Notes under the pieces: generated by a model
The model's database searches: none
The model's input: only the letters and a program-made list of their open reading frames with translations
Told to the model about the DNA's origin: nothing
Made by a program: the position numbers and the translations under genes
Shown: positions 58,353 to 64,000 of the stretch, piece by piece
Numbering within the stretch: the first letter of the stretch is position 1
How the letters are laid out: each line of letters opens with the position of its first letter
Source of the DNA: a virus
Virus record (IMG/VR): IMGVR_UViG_3300028392_000036
Location: 32,001-96,000 of that record
Direction: 5' to 3' (one strand)
Length of the DNA stretch: 64,000 nt

Positions 58353-59426
58353 ATGAAAATCAGACTAATTGGGCACAGAAATAACCTGGGAATAGGCGTA
58401 CATTATAAAAATTTCGCCGATGCGCTAAAACGCATGAGTTACCTGGGTGATCTAGTGGAAGAAGTCAACTGTGACAATCAAGATGATGTGTGGGACGCGG
58501 CCAAACGTAGTCGGCCTGAAGACGTCAACATAAGTTTTGTAAGCATGCCCATACACGGGCATTATCAAGGTGCTAATATACAATGGGTAGTTTTTGAAAG
58601 TACTCGAGTACCGCCCACAATAATGAGCACAATGCTAGCCGCTGACCAAGTGTGGGTTCCTAGCGAGTGGGGCAGAAAAGTCTTGATTGACAACGGTGCT
58701 GAAGCTGATCGATGCTGGATCATGCCCGAGGGTGTTGATGCACACAAGTACCATCCTTACAACCCGCGAGTTGAATCCTCTGTCATGAGCTATCTCATTA
58801 CCGGCAAATACGAACTGAGAAAAAGCATTATAGAAACAATAGTTGCCTGGGTTCAAGAATTTGGCAACGACCCTGGAGTGGAACTGATTGTCAAAAGCAA
58901 TCATTTTGCCAACCAAGTAGAAAAGTACAACGAACTCTCCAACTGGTTGGGGTCTACAGGCATCAACAATGTTCGTGTGTTATGGGGTGCGATCCCCGAA
59001 GCTGACTTGGTGGACCTGTATCAACAGAGTCATGTGTTTGTTCTACCCAGCAAAGGTGAAGGTTGGGGCTTGCCCTTGATCGAAGCCGCCGCAGTGGGAC
59101 TGCCCATTATCACAACCATGTACAGTGCCCAAACAGAATTTCTACAACATATTACTTCAAGTGTGATCGCCGTGGAATATGATCCGATTCCTATTGCCTG
59201 TGCAGAATATCAATACTTCTATCCCACCGAGGATGGCAACTGGGGGCAGTGGGTGCAACCCAGAGTTGACAGCATACGAACCGCTTTGAGAACTGTCCGC
59301 GACAACTACAGCATACTCAGTGAACAGGCTCGGATCAACAGCGAAATCATACGCAGGGATTTTAGTTGGGACCAATGTGCATTTCGTGTTGTGCAAACAC
59401 TACACAAACAGGGCTTGATAAAGTAA
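58353..59426 (+). CDS. GT4 glycosyltransferase
   Basis: VPSEW, GVD, RK, FVLPSKGEGWGLPLIEAAA.G. Confidence 0.88.
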   Translation: MKIRLIGHRNNLGIGVHYKNFADALKRMSYLGDLVEEVNCDNQDDVWDAAKRSRPEDVNISFVSMPIHGHYQGANIQWVVFESTRVPPTIMSTMLAADQVWVPSEWGRKVLIDNGAEADRCWIMPEGVDAHKYHPYNPRVESSVMSYLITGKYELRKSIIETIVAWVQEFGNDPGVELIVKSNHFANQVEKYNELSNWLGSTGINNVRVLWGAIPEADLVDLYQQSHVFVLPSKGEGWGLPLIEAAAVGLPIITTMYSAQTEFLQHITSSVIAVEYDPIPIACAEYQYFYPTEDGNWGQWVQPRVDSIRTALRTVRDNYSILSEQARINSEIIRRDFSWDQCAFRVVQTLHKQGLIK

Positions 59427-59464
59427 TACTCAAGTATTACATAAAAAGTACTACTTTTTGCTGG

Positions 59465-59525
59465 TTGACCAGAAATGCCCATTTTGCTATAATATAGACA
59501 TAGAGTAACAAAACAGGAGTCCCAA
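59465..59525 (+). promoter_or_regulatory. Early promoter/RBS cassette A, copy 2
   Basis: TTGACC-17-TATAAT; 38 bp identical to 24545-24582. Confidence 0.85.
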
Positions 59526-59777
59526 ATGCGCCACGTAGCAGGATTTAGTAACAGCACCAAAATTCGTTTTATTGTCAACGGTTTTGGCATGTACGGCACC
59601 ATCAATGACATCTACACAAAAACAGCCACAGCGAGCCATGGTGCGGCTCTGCGATTGGCCATCCAAAAACTGGCTTACGATCGTCGCCACAGTAGTTTTA
59701 CTGGTGACGGCCGCCCAGTGGGTGTCGGCATCACCCACGAGGGACATGACGTTCAAATCACCTTGATGGCCAATTGA
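59526..59777 (+). CDS. Hypothetical early protein
   Basis: Promoter and AGGAG RBS. Confidence 0.65.
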   Translation: MRHVAGFSNSTKIRFIVNGFGMYGTINDIYTKTATASHGAALRLAIQKLAYDRRHSSFTGDGRPVGVGITHEGHDVQITLMAN

Positions 59778-59783
59778 TTTTGG

Positions 59784-59841
59784 TTGACCAATATTTCCCG
59801 ATCGGTTATAATACTTGTATAGAAACTAAAAGGAGCCCAAA
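59784..59841 (+). promoter_or_regulatory. Early promoter/RBS cassette B, copy 2
   Basis: TTGACC-17-TATAAT; 23 bp identical to 24746-24768. Confidence 0.85.
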
Positions 59842-60126
59842 ATGAGTCACAGTTATTATGTCGTCAGCAAAGGTTCAGGTCTTATTGTCAACGACGGTCC
59901 TAACAAAACTCGTGCATACAAAACTTTCGGTGCCGCAATGGCCACCCGTACTCGTCTTTGCCGCAAGTCAGGTTGGAACATATCTGAACTTGCTATCATA
60001 GATACCAAAAGTTACAAACCCCGGATGGTTACCCGCACTAACATAATGACTGGCCAGGAATATCAAGAGGACGTGAATACTCCTAGATCTTGCTCGCCTA
60101 GTTCAGAACTTTTTTGGACAATGTAA
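59842..60126 (+). CDS. Hypothetical early protein
   Basis: C-terminal N.MTG....EDVNTP.SCSPSSE.FW.M motif. Confidence 0.7.
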   Translation: MSHSYYVVSKGSGLIVNDGPNKTRAYKTFGAAMATRTRLCRKSGWNISELAIIDTKSYKPRMVTRTNIMTGQEYQEDVNTPRSCSPSSELFWTM

Positions 60127-60271
60127 TGGTAGATCCCAAGGACTACTGGTTTAAAATGTCGTGGACACAGCCCTATCTGGGCTGGCCCGAACCCAAACAA
60201 AAAGAAACTCCGGAACCCGAGATTACAGATCTTGCTCAGGCCCGCAAAGTGTTGGCAAGGATTATGTCACT

Positions 60272-60619
60272 ATGAAATGGTTTGCCGAAACTACTGATTA
60301 CAAAGATAACACACCTAATGGTGTGTACTTGTTGGATGATGGCAAGAGCAAGATGTATGCGTTCCGACCATTCGGCACAGGCACAATCAAAGTGTTCAAG
60401 AACCCAATCCGCATTGATCTGCGTGGTCGTAAGTTTGCCATTAACTCTGTTCAATTCAAGACTGAGTTAACAGAACCTGAACCTGAAGGCCGTGTGTTTA
60501 CTGTGACCGGATCTAAAGGTGACACATATACAGTAAACGAGGTGCGTGGCTCATGGTCTTGCACCTGTTCAGGATTTCGATTTAGAGGTGAGTGTAAACA
60601 TATTCGGGAGTTGTCATGA
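60272..60619 (+). CDS. SWIM zinc-finger protein
   Basis: GSKGDTY.V, CTC..F..RG.CKH. Confidence 0.8.
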   Translation: MKWFAETTDYKDNTPNGVYLLDDGKSKMYAFRPFGTGTIKVFKNPIRIDLRGRKFAINSVQFKTELTEPEPEGRVFTVTGSKGDTYTVNEVRGSWSCTCSGFRFRGECKHIRELS

Positions 60620-60924
60620 AATCTATTTTGGCCATTGCATTGTTAGCACTGAGTGGCTGTGCTACCAGTCAAACACCCAATCCTGCTTACAATATTCAAT
60701 TTGAAGCACAACCCAACCTGCCGGAAAAAAGCATACGCTGGGTGGTGATAGAAGACGTCAGTAGATTTTGTCAGGCCAAAATGCCCTTGCTAGGCAACCA
60801 ACGGGTGTTGGCCTGTTCAGAATACAACAACCGTTCCTGTACAATATACACCGGACGTGTCACTGACATGGCCATCGTGGGACACGAAATACGGCATTGC
60901 TTTGAAGGTGCGTGGCACCGATAA
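60616..60924 (+). CDS. Lipoprotein with HExxH motif
   Basis: Lipobox LSGC; GHEIRHC. Confidence 0.65.
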   Translation: MKSILAIALLALSGCATSQTPNPAYNIQFEAQPNLPEKSIRWVVIEDVSRFCQAKMPLLGNQRVLACSEYNNRSCTIYTGRVTDMAIVGHEIRHCFEGAWHR

Positions 60925-60925
60925 T

Positions 60926-62215
60926 TTAGAAAACTTGTTTCCAGCCGTCAACAGTTTTAGTCCACACTTTGTTGACTGTGGTCCATGTGTTTGCGGAGGT
61001 TTTGATTTTGATACTTTGAACTGGACTCCAGGTATTGCTTGCTGTTTTGACTCGTAAACCTGCAGTTGTAACTGCTTGATAGGTTTGTACACCATTGGCT
61101 TGTGATCCAAGCCCGGTTACAGGATCCCAGCCTGCGGTAGCGGCGTATCCATCCGGAATTTCATACGCATTATTACCATAAATTATATCATAAAAAGAAC
61201 TGTAATTAGAATAAAATATTTTGGCTAGTGAGTTAGGGGGTGGTCGACGACCCCCATTTTTTGATATAAATCTAGCCATCATACCAGCCATAATGGGCGT
61301 AGCCGCACTGGTTCCTGCTATTCCAGACACTACAGCACCATTAAGATAAAATGCATATGATTGATATGGAGCGGCTATGTCAGGAATTCCGCGCCTAGGT
61401 AGTGCGGTTACTGGGCCAGTTATCCCAGTTGAACTATTATATGTTTGATATTTTTTTCCTATTTGTTGAGAAGGTATATTGATAATAGAACTTATGCCAC
61501 CTCCAGACGGTGCGGCAGCCACCTCCGGATTAATTCTTGCATTATACTGATTTACATTTAATATTGTTCCGCCTACTGCTATCACATTGGCATTTGATGA
61601 TGGGTAGTTTACACCTTCAACATTAGTAAATTTTTGTTTTGACCCAGCATCACCAGTTGAGTTAAACACAGATATTCCTTGGGCGACTGCATTGGCTATT
61701 GGTACTGAAAGAAAGTCGCCAAGTCCTCCGTAGTTCTCATTGACTGACCAACTTTGGGTTATTACATCGCACCCGTCTGCTATAGCCGCATTGTAAATAT
61801 TTGCCCACCTGTTTGCGAACTCGGAGTATGTTGATGCACTCAGCGGAGTTCCTATATAGATGTTTATAGTAGCATTTGGTACCATACCTGCTATACAGAA
61901 AATATCTAAAGTATTTTCTGTACTAGCACCATCATTTGGATCAAAATTATTAGTTGCACCATTAACTGATTTAAAATTAATAGTAGGCGCGGTAATTCCT
62001 AAATCGGCCATTGATTTGTTTATGTCACTTTGTAGAAAACCGCCACCTAGACTCAGTATGCCAATCTTAACCCCTGCACCAGTGCTTGTGGGTATGTTGT
62101 ATGCTGTAGCAATCTGAGAAGGAATAAAATTCCCTGGCGCCGGAAGACTAGTTACATCAGGATCATATGATCCAAACTCCGTAATGTCTGGCTTAGGTAA
62201 AAATTCTAATTCCAT
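60926..62215 (-). CDS. S53 (sedolisin/kumamolisin) serine peptidase with fibre-like C-terminus
   Basis: ENTLD, STGDAG, AVGGT, RGIPD, GTSAATP, GWDPVTGLGS. Confidence 0.88.
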   Translation of the reverse strand: MELEFLPKPDITEFGSYDPDVTSLPAPGNFIPSQIATAYNIPTSTGAGVKIGILSLGGGFLQSDINKSMADLGITAPTINFKSVNGATNNFDPNDGASTENTLDIFCIAGMVPNATINIYIGTPLSASTYSEFANRWANIYNAAIADGCDVITQSWSVNENYGGLGDFLSVPIANAVAQGISVFNSTGDAGSKQKFTNVEGVNYPSSNANVIAVGGTILNVNQYNARINPEVAAAPSGGGISSIINIPSQQIGKKYQTYNSSTGITGPVTALPRRGIPDIAAPYQSYAFYLNGAVVSGIAGTSAATPIMAGMMARFISKNGGRRPPPNSLAKIFYSNYSSFYDIIYGNNAYEIPDGYAATAGWDPVTGLGSQANGVQTYQAVTTAGLRVKTASNTWSPVQSIKIKTSANTWTTVNKVWTKTVDGWKQVF

Positions 62216-62217
62216 AA

Positions 62218-63171
62218 TCAGAACGTCTGATACCAGATATCACCAATGTTACCTTGATTATCAAGTGGCGCCGCACTTGCTACCCAAATTTGCCTAGCAA
62301 CATTGCTCATTACTGCTTTATTGGTTCCAGTTTGAAATTGACTCGCGGTCATTGCACCCAACGCAGACACAGTGCTCGAAGTTACAATGTTACCAGTGAC
62401 ATTTAAATTTCCACCTGTGGTTATGTTGTTGGCAGTTACTAGAGCGGCAAATACAGTACCAGTAGTGCTAAAATTTCCACCTGACACATTGCCTCCAACA
62501 CTAACTGTATTAGGTGTAAAGGTACCTGATATTGATAAATTTTGTGCGGCTATATTACCGCCTGCCGATATTGATCCAGCAGTCCGCAAGTTGCCACCTG
62601 AAACATTTCCGGTAACTGAAGCATTACTACCCACATTCAAATTAGTAGTTACTATTGAATTACCTTGTACAGTACCCGACGTTAAAATTGTGCCAGTTGT
62701 AGTAATATTACCCGCGGTTATATTGCCTGATGCGGTAATAGTTGATGGAGATAAGACGCCAGTATAAGTTGGCAAGTAAGCCGCAACATTAGAGTTGGTA
62801 TAAGAACTACCAGCACTGATACCAGTCAGTTGTGAGCCATTGCCAAAAAAGTAGGTGCCCGTAACTGTTCCTGCTGATGATATTAGTCCTCTAGAAATTA
62901 AGTTACCACCAGTGACATTTCCAGTGGTTGAAACAACTGAAGGAGTATAACTTCCCCCGTTTATGTTACCACCAACTGTTATGTTGCCTGAAGCACTGAT
63001 ATTTTGGATTGTTAGGTTTCTACTTCCAACTATGTTTCCGCCCGAAGTGAAAGATTGGGTAGCAGTGATATTTCCACCATATACTTCCGCTCCTGACACA
63101 TAAGTTCGAGCACTAACGAATGTAGCGGCAGTAACAGAGCTTTGGGATTGTACATTGGGAAATGATGACAT
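62218..63171 (-). CDS. Fibre-like protein with GN(I/V)T(A/G)GN repeats
   Basis: Repeats, GNGSQLTGI, C-terminal SAAP...GDIWYQ; TAAATA upstream. Confidence 0.7.
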   Translation of the reverse strand: MSSFPNVQSQSSVTAATFVSARTYVSGAEVYGGNITATQSFTSGGNIVGSRNLTIQNISASGNITVGGNINGGSYTPSVVSTTGNVTGGNLISRGLISSAGTVTGTYFFGNGSQLTGISAGSSYTNSNVAAYLPTYTGVLSPSTITASGNITAGNITTTGTILTSGTVQGNSIVTTNLNVGSNASVTGNVSGGNLRTAGSISAGGNIAAQNLSISGTFTPNTVSVGGNVSGGNFSTTGTVFAALVTANNITTGGNLNVTGNIVTSSTVSALGAMTASQFQTGTNKAVMSNVARQIWVASAAPLDNQGNIGDIWYQTF

Positions 63172-63203
63172 ACGCGGTCCTTTATTATATTTATGCGGCC
63201 ACA

Positions 63204-63232
63204 AGAAAGCCCCTTTCGGGGCTTTCATTTTT
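63204..63232. terminator. Terminator hairpin
   Basis: GAAAGCCCC-TTTC-GGGGCTTTC flanked by A/T runs. Confidence 0.75.
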
Positions 63233-63459
63233 TACGCTTGGTCTACAAACTTTTTGAGTTCTTCGGCCTTGCTCACAATGTCCGTGCTAGTGGGAAAACT
63301 AGGCATGGTCGGGTAAGGTAGCGTACCGCGATTGGCATCGTTCAGCTTGGAATGATATTCGTCGCTTAGTGCTACTCGGGTTTGGTGTACTGGCGTAACT
63401 AGAATTTCGTTAGCCATTTTGAGAAGTTCGAGACGGATCTCGTAAGGTGTTTTGCTCAT
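63232..63459 (-). CDS. Conserved small phage protein (MSKTPYEIRLELLKMA)
   Basis: AGGAGA RBS; characteristic N-terminus and FP..DI..KAE.L..FV. Confidence 0.75.
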   Translation of the reverse strand: MSKTPYEIRLELLKMANEILVTPVHQTRVALSDEYHSKLNDANRGTLPYPTMPSFPTSTDIVSKAEELKKFVDQA

Positions 63460-63530
63460 GTTTTTCTCCTGTGTATGTGTGTGTCGTTCAAGTCCCGCCC
63501 TATGCAGGACAAGATTGCTACACGAGCGTA

Positions 63531-63962
63531 TTACTTATAGATGTAGTTGACAGTATCAGAATTTTCGCGGTAGATGCCGGCACCATTTTTCAAATGGAAA
63601 CGCTTGGCCATCTCGGTCTTGGGACTGAGTGTAACGTAGGTATCAATGTCCGGAAATTCCGCTTTGATTGATTCTTGAGCCCGAACAATCAGTTCGCGCC
63701 CTGCGCCTGCGGCATATGACCAAATGGTGTAGAATACCGCGGTTTTGGCACTGCCCACCAACTCCACCAAGTCGTCCACAGCCGCTGGAATCCCATCCAA
63801 AAACTTCACACAAGTGATTGCTCGGGTTTGGTCACCGTCTTTGAGCATGTATATTCGGCTGTTGGAGTTGACTCTTTGGTCAGCAGGTATCTCAGGGCGC
63901 ACTGGGTCGTCCTTTAGGAGATTAACAATTTCGTCAGTAATACTTGTGATGGTGTGTAACAT
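63531..63962 (-). CDS. Minimal malonyl-CoA-decarboxylase-like GNAT-fold protein
   Basis: AVFYTI.S, G.G.ELI, TLSP, RFHLKNGA motifs. Confidence 0.55.
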   Translation of the reverse strand: MLHTITSITDEIVNLLKDDPVRPEIPADQRVNSNSRIYMLKDGDQTRAITCVKFLDGIPAAVDDLVELVGSAKTAVFYTIWSYAAGAGRELIVRAQESIKAEFPDIDTYVTLSPKTEMAKRFHLKNGAGIYRENSDTVNYIYK

Positions 63963-64000
63963 ATCTACGCTCTTTATATGCTGGCAACGATGTTGCAAAC

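Noticed and set aside
62218-63171. DGR or DNA-level repeat array in the GNITAGN fibre gene
   Set aside because: The repeats are degenerate at DNA level and no reverse transcriptase or template repeat is visible in the window
1-64000. Bacterial chromosome origin, or an alternative genetic code
   Set aside because: Host-like genes are isolated from their usual operons and interspersed with PAAR, fibre and T4-like replication genes; ORFs tile densely under the standard code

Overview
A 64-kb, densely coding segment of a large lytic dsDNA tailed phage with T4-like/jumbo-style organisation. The host is probably a freshwater Betaproteobacterium; this is an inference from the phasin-like, DUF3563-like, PstS, desaturase and class Ia RNR genes. 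Replication and repair genes include a DnaB/gp41 helicase, PD-(D/E)XK exonuclease, nrdA/nrdB/glutaredoxin, ATP-dependent ligase and UvsE. Virion genes include a PAAR protein, fibre and beta-helix proteins and probable head internal proteins. Host-derived genes are unusually numerous: iscU/iscA with four radical SAM enzymes, clpX/clpS/two clpP/hsp20/ribosomal bS21, pstS, plcP plus an agt-like glycosyltransferase, a desaturase, a YhhQ transporter, a phasin-like protein, a UDP-sugar dehydrogenase and an amidinotransferase. Two promoter classes recur: sigma70 TTGACN-17/18-TATAAT and a T4-late-like TAAATA. The most notable items read from the sequence are: (1) two near-identical Pho-box plus TAAATA promoters driving pstS and a plcP-agt phospholipid-to-glycolipid remodelling operon; (2) a ~190-nt multi-hairpin non-coding leader with its own promoter (30341-30530); (3) two ROSE-like RNA thermometers, before hsp20 and the phasin-like gene; (4) a T4-type capsid-targeting peptide masking a Tat signal; (5) a prodomain-less sedolisin fused to a fibre-like C-terminus; (6) duplicated promoter cassettes with a 7-4-7 palindrome; (7) many leaderless late genes in a phage that carries bS21. 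No tRNA, rRNA, CRISPR array, intron, intein or transposase was recognised. All protein calls come from motif recognition by eye; no database searches or folding programs were run.
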